A stretch of 63,771 bases of DNA, counting the filler, from Trichomonas gallinae (taxonomy: Eukaryota): assembly GCA_008369845.1 (NCBI GenBank). It is 5 parts of 5 records of this genome, joined end to end, with 100 filler letters (N's around TTAATTAATTAA, not from the genome) between each part and the next. Parts side by side here need not be neighbours in the genome. Positions count along the whole stretch, not along the records: positions 1 to 27,707 come from MRSU01001369.1; 4 more parts are not named here. One strand, written 5' to 3'. This document shows, one piece after another, positions 12,101 through 23,118 of this stretch. Numbering within the stretch: the first letter of the stretch is position 1; every line of letters starts with the position of its first letter. The notes beneath the pieces are model-generated. The model saw only the letters and a list, made by a program, of their open reading frames with translations. It searched no databases and was not told where the DNA came from. The position numbers were made by a program, and so were the translations under genes.

Positions 12101-15100
12101 CACAATTTATGTCTCGAGCACAAATTAATTACAAATACAAATTCGTTCCCGAGAAAACTTCTCAGAACTTGAATTTGAATCTCGGAACAATCTTAGCAGG
12201 AAGCAATAAGATATCTATGCTGTTGCCTTTGTTTTCTGTTGTTCTGCTCAAGAACAAAGATGGAACTCGTTGCTATAACTATCTCGATCCAATTATTCAA
12301 CTATTGTCAAACATTTTGTTGATCAGTGAAGAAACAGAATTGTTCTTCTACGAGACAAATGGATTTAAAGTCATCTCCAATGTCATGGCCAGCTATCCAC
12401 AGGATTTAATCACATATCAAACTTATAACCATTTCTTTTCACTTCTGCAACTTTTGAGGACGAAAAGGTTACAAAGACAACTCATTTACGAAATTTTGAT
12501 GAACTTAAACATATGGATCATCGCTGATCGTGACTCATTCTTGAGAATCATCAGGCACTGGGCGAGAGTTCTGCTGCCGAGTATCAAAGATTTGCCAGGA
12601 AATCCAATATTGTTTAGAAATCTTTTGAATGAATACGTTTTCTATTTTTGGGATGATAGCAAAACCGACACATTTTCATTAGCAACGAAATACTCCAGAC
12701 GCAAGCGTGCCTATAAGATAGATCTACTGGAATGTAGGAGAGCGTTTTGTTCTTGTATACTACAGAGAATCGATGAAAATTTCACAAGAAAAGATTTCGA
12801 AGTTTTAATTTCTCACATCTTGAGATGCACAGATGTTGCTCATGCAGAATGGTTGATTAATCTCATAAAGCAAATGGCCATTGGCCAGGATCCGGCAATA
12901 TCTTATATCAAAGAGGAAATGGATGACTTGAAATTCGAAATTTTCAGGTTGATCGATTTGAGGTCAGACGCCATTACCGTTTGCCTCATTGAAATTATCA
13001 TACAGCTCCACCAACTCAAATTGATTAAATACGCAACATTATCTGAAGACATCGATTTGCTTATATCAATCTGTGACTCAAGAATCATCAACAAGACGAC
13101 ATTTAATTTGTTGATTGCTGAACTATATGACTCAACATATTTGATTTTGCCGCTTTTATTCTGGTTCGCAATGAATATCGGCCCTGATTTCGTGCTTAAG
13201 TTATCATTAGAACTGACTGCTGATCCAAAATATTGCAGGGACAAGAACTGGTGTTTCTGGCCTCTGGTTGCTGCAATAAAATACAAAGACGTTGCCCCGC
13301 AAGTCATCATGTTTATCTGCAGATGTGATCCAAAAGAATGGATCAATATATACAACACTGCTTTTGTCATCTGCAAGCAGACTAATTCTGATTTCTTCGA
13401 GTTTAGGTTATGCATGCTGCAATCAATTACAGGGTTTTACGCAAGCGAGTACGAATATTTGCCTAGAGAAGTTGATGATATCTATTTTAGGTTCATATGG
13501 ATGGCAATTTTCAACATTCCAAGCAACTACAAGAATGCTTTGCACTCAGCTATGCAAGAGTCACCTTTTGGCATCGAATACGACGAGAAAGAATTTGAAG
13601 ACAATGATGTCGCTAAATATATTAGAGGAGAAAATAACAATTTCATAAGCTCAGAACAAATTTTAGGTTTGTGTTCGCAGTTTGATGATAATGTGGAGTT
13701 CCAGTTTGGTGCTTTTATCGACAAGAAAGGAAATTGGGTAGATCTGCCTGTTTCCAACAATATTCTGACTTCATTTGCTATGACAAATAACACGAAATAT
13801 TTGAACATTTACTTCTTCGTTCTTGCAAGATTGTTACATGGAAATGACAAATACGGACAAGAGCAGCTTAAATCACTTAAAATCGACAAACTTTTGTTGC
13901 AAAACAATCAGTTGTATATCGATTATTTGATTGTTTTCATGAAAGGTCATTACTTATCATGCAGCATAGAAAAATACAAGACTAGTGATAGTCTGCAGCA
14001 TTATTTTGACGCTCTTAGATTGAACTCTAATTTACTATTGAACGAATCAAAGTCTCAGTTATCAAAGTCATTCGGCCAAATCAAGAGAAGATATGAGAAA
14101 ATTTTGTCTTTGACGAAAGAAACAGTAATAACTCAAAGCTTCGCAATTTCATCCCTGAATGAGTACCTCGAGATCATCCAATCACAGCAGGAGATGAACA
14201 AGAGACTGTGGGAGAGCATCTGGGCATTCATGACAGCGGAAACAGCTCCGTGGGAGAAAGCTATAAAATTCAGCGATAACGTGATGAGATCGAATTCATT
14301 GTCAGACAGTTTCGCAATGATTCTGACAACGAAGGCCAAAGCGAAGCCAATAAGAAAACGATCGGCTTCAATTTCTTTGTTGTCATTCACAACGCCGCAA
14401 AACACTATAATCGAAACAGGCGAAAAACCACTTTTCGTGACAGAAGTCACTCTTCACTCAATCAAATACACATTCCAGGGCAACTTCTCGTTATATAATG
14501 AGAAAATCTGCATAACAGGTGGTGACAGCATCAGGCACGAAATCAAATTAACGAGCATCAGATACTTACTTCCAAGACAAATTAACCATCATCCGATTGC
14601 GATGGAAGTTTTCACTAAAGAAGGCGAAAGCATTTTGATTTCATTCGAGCAAGTTAAAACCAACGAAGTCGTCAACAGGATCAATATGCTGCACTACATT
14701 TCGTCAATCGGTGCCCCACAGAATTTTGCGAAAGAATGGTCATTGAGAAAACTCTCTAATTTCGAATACATCTTGTTACTTAATATATTGAGTGGCCGCT
14801 CTTACAGCACTCTTTCGATGTATCCAATATTCCCATGGGTCCTGAAAGACTATGACTCAGAAGTCTTGGATCTCAATAATCCAGATGTTTACAGAGATTT
14901 ATCAAAACCTATTGCAAAACTGAAATCGAACTTTTTCGAAAGATCATTTTTGATTCCGAAAGACATAATTTATTATTTGCAGGCAGTTGAACCATTCATG
15001 ACACTGAGACTGGAGATGAGAACAATTCCAAAGCTCAACTCAATCAAAGAAGCATTCGATGAATCAACTGAAATAATGAGAGAAGCAATTCCTGAATTTT

Positions 15101-16332
15101 ACTGTTTTGACATGGCTTTTGACAACGTAATTTTACCAAAATGGGCGAAAGACTCAATAGACTTCGTGAATAAAATGAGAGCGGCACTAGAGAGTGAGTA
15201 TGTCTCTGAGCACCTCAATGAATGGATCGACTTAGTTTTCGGAAAGAGACAAGTTGATGAAGACAGTGAATACAAAAACGTCTTCCATGAAAATCTTTAT
15301 CCAGACATCTGGGATTTGAACTTTACACCCGAGCAAAGGCTTATAATAGAGCAGGATAAAGAGACAAAAGGGCAAATACCAATCAAATTATTCAGACATT
15401 TTCACATAAAGAGAGAGAAAGAAGAAATCCCGCCAAAACGCAAAAACCTTTACTATCAGCCAGACATTAACTCTGTCAAATCATGCTTGATAACAGAGAA
15501 CAATGAAACAGTCACTATTTCTATTGTCGACAAGAACAACAAGAGAGTCAATACTGAGTTGGTAACAGATCCTATTTCTTTCATCGTGAAAAACACCGAG
15601 GTTTTAAGCTACGAGAAATTAAACGATTGCGTAATAATCAAAGACAACTCTGTCATTAGTTTTGGAGAAAACATTTCTCACATTAATAAAAACGAATTGA
15701 AAATTCTGCAAAACTCGCAAGTTTTAATTCACTGCAGTTCGAACAGGCATTTCATGGCTATTACAGTAGATATGACTGCTTTGGTTTATTCGAAAGAAGG
15801 AATCTTGATGCTCAAAAACATTCCTTTTTACGGCGTAGAACCTCTTTGCTGCTCAATATCAGACGAATTCCACATTTTTGCAATTGCAAATTCTCAAGGT
15901 GACATCTTCCTTCAGAGTTTCGCTTATTCATCCCATGAAGTGAGAGTCATAAAGCTTGGCTTCTGCACGCCAATTTCTCTCTGCATTTCTCCCAATTTCG
16001 GCAACGTTGTTGTTTTCTCAACAGAAATTGTTGGTCCGAGAGTCCAAAACTTCATCACTGTTGTCACAATCAATGGCAAGATTATCAACAAGAAAGTCAT
16101 AAAGATGGAGGTCACATCAATGAGTTGCGCGAAATGCAGGGATGATATTGTGATCATTGGAGGATCTACAGGTAGAGTTCAAGTCGCGAAAACAACAGAT
16201 CTTGAATTCACTGAAGTTTATCACTCGAAGCATTCCATTATATCGGCTGAGTACTCGCAGGCCATCAAAGCTATTATAATTGTGACATCTAGGGGAGAGA
16301 TTGTTACTATCCCTTACTTCTGTCCAAATTAA
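9103..16332 (+). CDS. Beige/BEACH-domain protein (ConA-like, PH, BEACH, WD40-like)
   Basis: W..RKLSNFEYILLLNILSGRSY...YPIFPWVL, YRDLSKPI, IPEFY, LPKWA, ALESEYVSEHLNEWIDLVFG; first ATG at 9103 after Inr-like TCATAA (track start is GTG at 9082). Confidence 0.92.
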   Translation: MEAEIFSKYHDPFFEILMLKVDSTQKAILQNSNFKLLIDSIPNLQLNQDEVSKMNRKIMEGGKYSDVLSSYNIYIQYKPSLIPTLPEFDKLTNAEIDVFCKFILITYNGWVLQQDKKTTMIHFSTICENLIKIVNTNYKRLVESAIIRCFAYCAYINEANYQIILYTTMAKYLETTKSVENSIYNVILTIYNNILFHRDWEILNSDKEFLKVIVKMLEKHGNVKDIEYIQSIVLLTKTYLMNLEPVAIDLLNKALKYLIFDEKQKIVTKFTSYLTIFIKENGMHVCFACNPNTEPIFVDVTKYSKLLNQDFPMIETFGGDLRNTPQINLPESYEIENYITEKVFEKLQIVIDLLVNNADIIDTFFSVLIAESYTNHDVYAVLLYMSIECLKTVNFNTRFDTFFMESGLIDPTIICSEYFSDIEVINNFRQAALTVVIMSGQATYSHILKYCAERPLLFTEFLLRCASMTELVSSRIFKVSTKMMHEFLTYFVIYQNINYSGFRIVEGCRYAMFLFLSLLLTKGNLQEEFFADLKFCETIFSFLFEESVRPFIIGILRSFLNLESTVVAQVIGISLSNVTEHTRMSFPDEKSVLLDNDIIQTVVDALSHRISLGEVFIVMCKSLALSITLVDNSKNSQIFLLGALQLFAYCSHVFEFNEDERLSLTCSIKIAFGEEPPIEIFNGLLQIISGNNSNFKNHSFLIRRPKILQVLYKVFEHSKTIYKVLEFIDKLCQYNQNNIYACREGGIDSLIINTLLQVWYSKQPPDEEFIDLCLSLLHKICSLISTITIVQRILALLCPFENEHLPFYFSRILNGVNKIAASAVNQPKSFVVMNKDFILKPEQKLVIDKKFWFICWIKLQEVSHKYNPNLFTATNSKGEKIVQFSLRGNQISIYMRSKTMTNHSTIDRDIKVQEWTFFAIECLINTDGCIFTPYIGSSVTPAFNFPLMMLNDKDNSLSLTFGGLEEDINVEDFSYALLGGLALFSDCEIENIYRFDQHGPQFMSRAQINYKYKFVPEKTSQNLNLNLGTILAGSNKISMLLPLFSVVLLKNKDGTRCYNYLDPIIQLLSNILLISEETELFFYETNGFKVISNVMASYPQDLITYQTYNHFFSLLQLLRTKRLQRQLIYEILMNLNIWIIADRDSFLRIIRHWARVLLPSIKDLPGNPILFRNLLNEYVFYFWDDSKTDTFSLATKYSRRKRAYKIDLLECRRAFCSCILQRIDENFTRKDFEVLISHILRCTDVAHAEWLINLIKQMAIGQDPAISYIKEEMDDLKFEIFRLIDLRSDAITVCLIEIIIQLHQLKLIKYATLSEDIDLLISICDSRIINKTTFNLLIAELYDSTYLILPLLFWFAMNIGPDFVLKLSLELTADPKYCRDKNWCFWPLVAAIKYKDVAPQVIMFICRCDPKEWINIYNTAFVICKQTNSDFFEFRLCMLQSITGFYASEYEYLPREVDDIYFRFIWMAIFNIPSNYKNALHSAMQESPFGIEYDEKEFEDNDVAKYIRGENNNFISSEQILGLCSQFDDNVEFQFGAFIDKKGNWVDLPVSNNILTSFAMTNNTKYLNIYFFVLARLLHGNDKYGQEQLKSLKIDKLLLQNNQLYIDYLIVFMKGHYLSCSIEKYKTSDSLQHYFDALRLNSNLLLNESKSQLSKSFGQIKRRYEKILSLTKETVITQSFAISSLNEYLEIIQSQQEMNKRLWESIWAFMTAETAPWEKAIKFSDNVMRSNSLSDSFAMILTTKAKAKPIRKRSASISLLSFTTPQNTIIETGEKPLFVTEVTLHSIKYTFQGNFSLYNEKICITGGDSIRHEIKLTSIRYLLPRQINHHPIAMEVFTKEGESILISFEQVKTNEVVNRINMLHYISSIGAPQNFAKEWSLRKLSNFEYILLLNILSGRSYSTLSMYPIFPWVLKDYDSEVLDLNNPDVYRDLSKPIAKLKSNFFERSFLIPKDIIYYLQAVEPFMTLRLEMRTIPKLNSIKEAFDESTEIMREAIPEFYCFDMAFDNVILPKWAKDSIDFVNKMRAALESEYVSEHLNEWIDLVFGKRQVDEDSEYKNVFHENLYPDIWDLNFTPEQRLIIEQDKETKGQIPIKLFRHFHIKREKEEIPPKRKNLYYQPDINSVKSCLITENNETVTISIVDKNNKRVNTELVTDPISFIVKNTEVLSYEKLNDCVIIKDNSVISFGENISHINKNELKILQNSQVLIHCSSNRHFMAITVDMTALVYSKEGILMLKNIPFYGVEPLCCSISDEFHIFAIANSQGDIFLQSFAYSSHEVRVIKLGFCTPISLCISPNFGNVVVFSTEIVGPRVQNFITVVTINGKIINKKVIKMEVTSMSCAKCRDDIVIIGGSTGRVQVAKTTDLEFTEVYHSKHSIISAEYSQAIKAIIIVTSRGEIVTIPYFCPN

Positions 16333-17454
16333 TTTTATATATTTGTTTTTTTAAATGTTTATTGTTTATAACACTGCTGTTTTTTTTTCAAGTCATTGCA
16401 TCACGATCATATAATATTCATCGTGTTTGTGTATGAAGTTTGTTAATGAATATTTTTTTATTTTTATGTTTGTAAATAATAATGTAATTAAATACTCATA
16501 TTGATTGCATGCAAGCAAAATAAATTATAATGATTTGCTTATTATGAGATTCTTGTCTATGAATTCTACAATTAGTCAATCACAATGTAAACTCTAAGTA
16601 TAATTCATAGAATCAGGTTGTGAAAAAATGAAATTCAGAGATGCAAATATTAATAAGAAAATCATATGAAAATAATGACTTTTCGTTTCAACCTGCATTC
16701 ATCAATGAATCACATTTTTGATAATTATATAAAGAATATGAAGCATTGATGAATACAAGCTTCTATGATTCACAATGGAAAATTTTCACAACATACACTT
16801 ATGCTTTTGGATCTGTAAAGCATATGTATGATGGAAACACACTAAATAGTAATCTGTGATTACCACAAAGTGTTAAAGATTTTGATTTTTGAAAAATTTG
16901 TGAATTATCCATAGCTGTGCGTTGAGCAGCAATATCACATATTTTCCATGTGATCCTCAATGAATAATTAATATACTTCGAAGTATATTTTTTGAATCTT
17001 CTAAAAAAATGTCTTGTGACTATGTAATATACTGCATGGCTATGTAATATTACTCTATTTCATTTTATCAACAACCAAAGCTGGGCTTTTTTGTATTTTT
17101 GATTGTTTGATAAAATTTTGCTAGAAAATGAATGATAGTACTATGGTTTGTTACATCACACAGTTGGCCTCATATTTTCAACCCCAAAACAAAAATAACC
17201 AAAATTCTTCACAGGGAAAAAAAGATTTTGCGTTTTTTTGCCTCATTATTGGGGTATTTTGCCTTCATTAGGGGTGAATATATAACTATGCTGTTCTAAC
17301 TCGATCGAACACTGTTATAACAATATATCTGGGGTATTACGATATTGAAATAACAATTATTAAAACAAAATCACCTTAGTTTATCTGAAACTAAGCATGA
17401 AAATGCTGCCACATAATAAACAATGTATAAGCACTTTATGCGGCTATACCCATG

Positions 17455-17931
17455 TCAAAAGACTTGGTATTGTTCGATCGGTTCATCGGTGTAGAAAATT
17501 TCAAAACTAACATCATCTGATTGTTCTTCTTCCTCATGATGCTGCATTGGTACTATGTTCTTCATGTTTGTTGATTTCTTTGGTTTGAATTTTTTGAATC
17601 TGGCCGGATCAACATGGAAATTGTATCTGTTCTTGATCATATTATCTGACTTTCCTGGAAAGAATGCACGTAACATTGCCCAACGCTTTCCATGCTCATC
17701 CACGAGATCTCTGAGTCTCTGATCTTCTTCAGCAGTCCATGCTTTGTGTGTGATATCTGGCGCCAAGTATGTGTTGAATCTTTCCCTGCATTGTTTCGAT
17801 GTTTTGCCCATTATTTCCGCGATTGATTTCCAATCCGGTCTGCCGTTGCAAAGATTCGTCTCCACAAGTTCCATTAACCTCTGGTCTTGCTCCTTGGTGA
17901 ATGGATAGCGTCGCCTGCCTTGGAAGTCCAT
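17455..17931 (-). CDS. R2R3 Myb-like DNA-binding protein
   Basis: FTKEQD...W..IA...KQCRERF..YL.P, then WTAEED...HGKRW...GKSDNMIKNRY. Confidence 0.93.
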   Translation of the reverse strand: MDFQGRRRYPFTKEQDQRLMELVETNLCNGRPDWKSIAEIMGKTSKQCRERFNTYLAPDITHKAWTAEEDQRLRDLVDEHGKRWAMLRAFFPGKSDNMIKNRYNFHVDPARFKKFKPKKSTNMKNIVPMQHHEEEEQSDDVSFEIFYTDEPIEQYQVF

Positions 17932-19044
17932 CGAAAAAATGATTTTTTTACTTCAATTCAAATTGAATAGTATTGAATGCCCGGAACATGTCACTGTTGT
18001 CAACGAATAATCAATGAAAATTGATCTATATCATATATGCATCATATGATAAAAATTGAGAATTTTCCAAAACATTATTATTTCAATATAACAAACACGA
18101 AAACATCAAATGGAAAAATGTGATTTGTTTCAAAGCTCTCAATATTATCAATTTTTAATTAAATGGTGCCACAAATTTATAATATTTGAGAAGAATATCA
18201 TCATAGACTTTATTTAGCTTTGTTTCTATTATAAATCTGTTATATTATGTGCTATAATGTGATTTATCATGATTTTCATGATTTTTGGAGTCCAAAAATA
18301 TATCACAACATAGCCAACTTGGATAATGTTGGATATGAAGAATACATACATGGATAAATTTCGGCGTAAATTGTGCTTTCTCTCAAATATCGATTTGACA
18401 AATTTGATAATGGCACTTTTTTATTTTAGAAAAACATGGATATGTTTTTGTTTGCTTTGTTATTTATAGAAAAGAATCAGTATGAGTTCTTAAGTATATT
18501 AAGATTATTCCATAATTATCAAGATTTATCCATGATTTAAGCACAAAGTTGATGAAACTTTATGAATTATTAGCCTACAGCAAATATTATATGTGAAGAA
18601 TTGAGAATAATCGTTTTGGAAATCTGAATGGAGTAATATAACAGTATTTTGGGATGTTTTGAAAAATCTCCCACCTTTCAATTTTTCAGTAAATACACTG
18701 ACAAATGATAAAATTTTTCTCTCAAAAAAAATTACCAAAAATTGACAGATATTTGAAAACATTACATGACAAAATTTGGTTACAAAACATACTATTTGAC
18801 ATGTAAATATTGATTACAAAACAGATGATTTGTCAAGAACTTTTATCAAATCATTAATTTCATAAAGAACAAGAATTGAACTAAATATATGGCGATTTTT
18901 GTTTCCATTGTCTGGTGCTGCGAGTTTAAACCTTTAATCTAGTCACATTTCAATGTTTTGAAAGATATTTTTTCAATTTCGTTTTGTTTCTATATTAAAA
19001 TATTAATCAGAACATTGAAATATATAAAAAAATACAAACAAAAT

Positions 19045-20274
19045 TTATTTTCCTCTCTTTGCCTTGTTGACTGATTTCGCGTAATGCGCGTTAAACGACG
19101 GCTTGATGAAACTCGAGTGCATTGTCCGAAATTCGTAAGGGTGGTCCTCCAACTTAGTCGCCAGACCCTTCCTTCCCGCTCTAGCGATGTAGCTACCGTG
19201 TTTGATGTTGTTTTCGACTCCCGAGTATGAAATTAAATTCGGGCCGTTTGTCTTCTTCACCCATTCGTCCCTGTGATTCCTGTTTTCTTGTATGGATGTT
19301 GCTGGCCTCGATCTTCCCTGTCTTGGCTTGTAATCGCATGGGCCTGGAGTTAATTCGATATCTGGAAATCGTGGGACAATGGACATTGAGTTATTCTTTG
19401 TCTTCACGTACTGAACAACTTCTGGACCATAAACGCCGGGATCTGGAACGTGATAATCGTCAAATAAGGTTCGATCAATCTTATTTGCTGGTTGTACGAT
19501 TTTTTTCGTATTTGACATGCCAAAAACCTCTGGCATTGTATATGTTGTGGATGGAGGCGATACAGGATCAATAATTTTGAATCTTTCTGTTCCAGATAAA
19601 AATACCCCGGATTTTTCTGCGGATTGTGTTGAAAATCTAAGGTCTGGCGTATGCATTACAGGTGAAGGAGCATGAAATTCGGTCTCTTGGATCCAAATCT
19701 CGCGCCCAGTTTTAGATTCAAAATTCGGAGTTCCATCTTGAGGATTATAGTCAACTAACGGAAATCTTTGCTTTGGAATGTTTGGTGCTCTCTTCTTTCC
19801 CCACTCTTCGTGCGCTAATTCGCCGCTCAAAGGCGTCGGGCCGATTGGATAATCATCTAATACGTGTAAAGTGTGTTTTAATTTTGTTTCAGGAGGTTTA
19901 TTTGGGTATGACGCTGGTCCTCGTTCGAATGGGTCTGTAACTATTGGCGATCTAATGCAATTTCGCGAGATAGATGTTTGTCTGCCTGAGGGTTTATCAG
20001 GATAAGGATTGTATGCACCAGGCCCCAAGTATGACTCATCCTTTACCTCTTCAACGAGTCTAATGACTTGGCCGTCGTCTGTTTCGATGAATCCATAATC
20101 TTGATTTGTGAAATTTCTTCTAACAACAGAGTCGGACCTTCGTGGTGTCTTCTCTCTGCTCAATCTGGATGATATTTTGCTCAAAACTGTTGGATCTCCA
20201 ATCATTGAGCCAAAATTATATAAAAAAGTGTACGTTAATTTTAGTTCTTCGACAATGAATGGAAATTCAGCCAT
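19045..20274 (-). CDS. SHIPPO/ODF3-like PG-rich repeat protein (putative axonemal/cytoskeletal)
   Basis: Spaced motifs LGPGAY, GPASY, PPSTTY, PDPGVY, PGPCDY. Confidence 0.6.
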   Translation of the reverse strand: MAEFPFIVEELKLTYTFLYNFGSMIGDPTVLSKISSRLSREKTPRRSDSVVRRNFTNQDYGFIETDDGQVIRLVEEVKDESYLGPGAYNPYPDKPSGRQTSISRNCIRSPIVTDPFERGPASYPNKPPETKLKHTLHVLDDYPIGPTPLSGELAHEEWGKKRAPNIPKQRFPLVDYNPQDGTPNFESKTGREIWIQETEFHAPSPVMHTPDLRFSTQSAEKSGVFLSGTERFKIIDPVSPPSTTYTMPEVFGMSNTKKIVQPANKIDRTLFDDYHVPDPGVYGPEVVQYVKTKNNSMSIVPRFPDIELTPGPCDYKPRQGRSRPATSIQENRNHRDEWVKKTNGPNLISYSGVENNIKHGSYIARAGRKGLATKLEDHPYEFRTMHSSFIKPSFNAHYAKSVNKAKRGK

Positions 20275-21370
20275 TATTCTTTGAAATATAATGTGTTTTT
20301 AGTGTAATAAACTTATATGCTTAATAAAACACAGTTTTCTCATAAGTATTAGAACAAAAATAAAAACATTTGTTTTCGTTTTATGTTTTAGCGCTTTATA
20401 GTAAGTGGAAAAGGTCTATATGAAATAGTAAACATCATTTGATGACTTTATTAATACAATCAATGAAATGATGCGCAATGAAATTTTGAATAAACATAAA
20501 AATGTGTGATACTACTAGTTTATCAATATATATGACTATATTGACTGTTTTGGCATTAGAATGCAAGTATTGCTTAAGAATTTCACACTCAAATCAATAG
20601 AAATTCTTTGTATTTCATTTAATTACTATTCAATAGATTAGAATTGAAATACTCTATATAACGTGAAGTTTTGTAAATAGAATCTTAAGAATCTGATTCA
20701 CTATGATAATATATTTATTTTATGAGTTATTGGGTATGAAAATTTATATTTACTAATGCAGTGAAGTAATATATTTCGTTTTCATTAAATGAAATATCAT
20801 TACAATTTTCAAATGAAAAATATGACATTAACATGATGCTCAGCATTAAAATTCAGGGAATTGTGGTGATAGTAATCTATTTATACAAAGATTAATGATG
20901 CATTAGGATTAATTGATTCTTCAATGCAAATTGAAACCTTATGAATTAACTTAGAGTGTAAAAAATGATAATGTGTGATTATGTAAGCACAATTTTGACA
21001 TTAAAAATCAAAGAATATGGATTTAAAATAATTTTCATTCAAACTTGCATTAAATCAATGTCATACTTAAGTATAATATTCATTAGATAGATGATATCAT
21101 ACACAAGTAGTTCCAATGGATGATGATAAATAGTTTGTAAGATATCTTTCGATTTTTGATTAAAGCGATTTTTTACCGATATCGTTATATAGTATTTCTT
21201 AAAATGGGACAAAATTGGCCTGGGATAAATCAATGTGAGTAAAACTGTTGAATATTTTATATAAGTGAAGTCGCAAAATTTTTTGTTGTAAACTAAACAA
21301 TTTTTTCATAAGTTTATATTGTAAACTTCTCAAAATTTTCACGGGTTTAAATCGTCATTTTTTTGCAGCG

Positions 21371-22849
21371 ATGGAGTCAGCCATTTACATCGGCATTGAT
21401 AACGGCACACAGGGAACGAAGGTTGTTGCCTATTCGCCGAGTGAGAAGAAGATTCTCGCAACAGGTTACGAAACACATCAGATTATCAGTGGCGACAACG
21501 GAAAAATGGAACAGGAGCCATCATGGTGGATTGATGCTGCTGACAAAGCTTTGAAGAGTGTCCTTTCGCAGATTGATCCAAAGAAAGTTAAAGGAATTGG
21601 TGTTTCTGGACAACAACACGGCTGCGTCGTCCTTGATGCAGAAGGAAAGGTTCTTAGAGCCGCCAAACTCTGGTGTGATACAGAAACAAGCCCAGAATGC
21701 GACTATTTAACAAATAAATTGGGAGGAATCGAGAAAGTCGTCGAATTGATTGGAAATTCCATCGCTGCTGGATTCACTGCATCAAAAGTCCTGTGGATCA
21801 AGAACCACGAGCCGGAAACTTACGAAAAAATCAAAATGATCCTGCTTCCGCACGATTACATCAACTATTGGCTTACAGGAAACTACACCACAGACATGGG
21901 CGACGCCTCTGGCACAGCTTACTTCGATGTAAGGAAGAGGCAGTGGTGCTTCGAGATTCTCAAGGCAATCGACGAGAAGAGGGACTGGGGAAAGTGTCTT
22001 CCTAAGATTCTCCCATGGAATGAAAAGGCTGGCGTCGTCAGAAAAGAAATTGCAGAAAAATACGGATTTGCAGACGATGTCATCGTTTCTACGGGCGGTG
22101 GAGACAACATGATGGCGGCGATTGGCACTGGCAACGTCAAGCCAGGCGTCATCACATGTTCTCTCGGAACATCAGGAACAATTTTCTCATACTCAGACAA
22201 ACCGATCGTAGACGCCAAAGGTGAGCTCGCTGCCTTCTGCTCGAGTAATGGAGGCTGGTTGCCGCTCATCTGCACGATGAACGTCACCGTGTCGACAGAA
22301 CAAGTCAGAAAACTATTGAACGTCGACTTAAAGCAGTTCAACGAGCTCGTCAAGGCTGCAAAACCTGGCGCATCAGGTATCAGACTCCTTCCATACTTCA
22401 ACGGTGAGAGAACGCCAGCGAGGCCACGTGGCAAGGCTATTTTCGCAGGAATAAACTCGACGAACTTTACAAGCGAGAACATGTGCAGGGCTGCGATGGA
22501 AGGCGCAACTATGTCTATCAGGTACGGCATCGACATCCTCGAGAGGTGCGGAATCAAGAAGGCTGAGGTCAGATTGGTCGGCGGCGGATCGAAATCTGAA
22601 ATCTGGAGACAGATTATCGCTGATGTATTCGATTGCGACGTCGTTGTCCCTGACGCCACTGAAGCCGGCGCCATGGGTGGTGTTTTGCAGGCAATGGCCT
22701 GCTTAACTGGTGAAGATCTCGCGAAGTTATGTGATGAGCACGTCAAAGTTTCTGGCGCAAGACTCCATCCAATCCCAGAAAACGTCAAGAAATATGAGGA
22801 AGTCTATAGGGACTACCTTGCCCTTGACAAGGCTTCACAGACTCTTTAA
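21371..22849 (+). CDS. xylB: Xylulokinase (FGGY family), bacterial type
   Basis: IGIDNGTQGTK, GVSGQQHG, KLWCDT, LPHDYIN, DASGT, GGGDNM, SLGTSGT, PYFNGERTP, GGGSKS. Confidence 0.88.
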   Translation: MESAIYIGIDNGTQGTKVVAYSPSEKKILATGYETHQIISGDNGKMEQEPSWWIDAADKALKSVLSQIDPKKVKGIGVSGQQHGCVVLDAEGKVLRAAKLWCDTETSPECDYLTNKLGGIEKVVELIGNSIAAGFTASKVLWIKNHEPETYEKIKMILLPHDYINYWLTGNYTTDMGDASGTAYFDVRKRQWCFEILKAIDEKRDWGKCLPKILPWNEKAGVVRKEIAEKYGFADDVIVSTGGGDNMMAAIGTGNVKPGVITCSLGTSGTIFSYSDKPIVDAKGELAAFCSSNGGWLPLICTMNVTVSTEQVRKLLNVDLKQFNELVKAAKPGASGIRLLPYFNGERTPARPRGKAIFAGINSTNFTSENMCRAAMEGATMSIRYGIDILERCGIKKAEVRLVGGGSKSEIWRQIIADVFDCDVVVPDATEAGAMGGVLQAMACLTGEDLAKLCDEHVKVSGARLHPIPENVKKYEEVYRDYLALDKASQTL

Positions 22850-23050
22850 ATTATTATTAAGTTAATGTAAACACAGGATTTTTCAAATGATAACTCATAC
22901 TTCAAAAATCACGAAAATGCAATTATAGAAACTACATGAGAAAGAAAGATTGAGGATGAAAATGCTATTTTTACGTTGAGCTAACGGTGTTAGACAGGTT
23001 TGCAACACATTCGACGGGTGAATAAGGAGACTCTATAGAATATTGATTTG

Positions 23051-23101
23051 ACGATTATTGTAAACAAAAGTGAAAATACGATTATTGTAAACAAAAGTGA
23101 A
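23051..23101 (+). repeat. Perfect 24-bp direct repeat in promoter (contains M2-like AAAAGTGAA)
   Basis: ACGATTATTGTAAACAAAAGTGAA at 23051-23074 and 23078-23101. Confidence 0.9.
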
Positions 23102-23118
23102 CCTTAAAAGTCATAATT

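Noticed and set aside
21919..22788. 289-aa antisense ORF inside xylulokinase, and other short overlapping ORFs
   Set aside because: Expected shadow frames of codon-biased genes; no motifs
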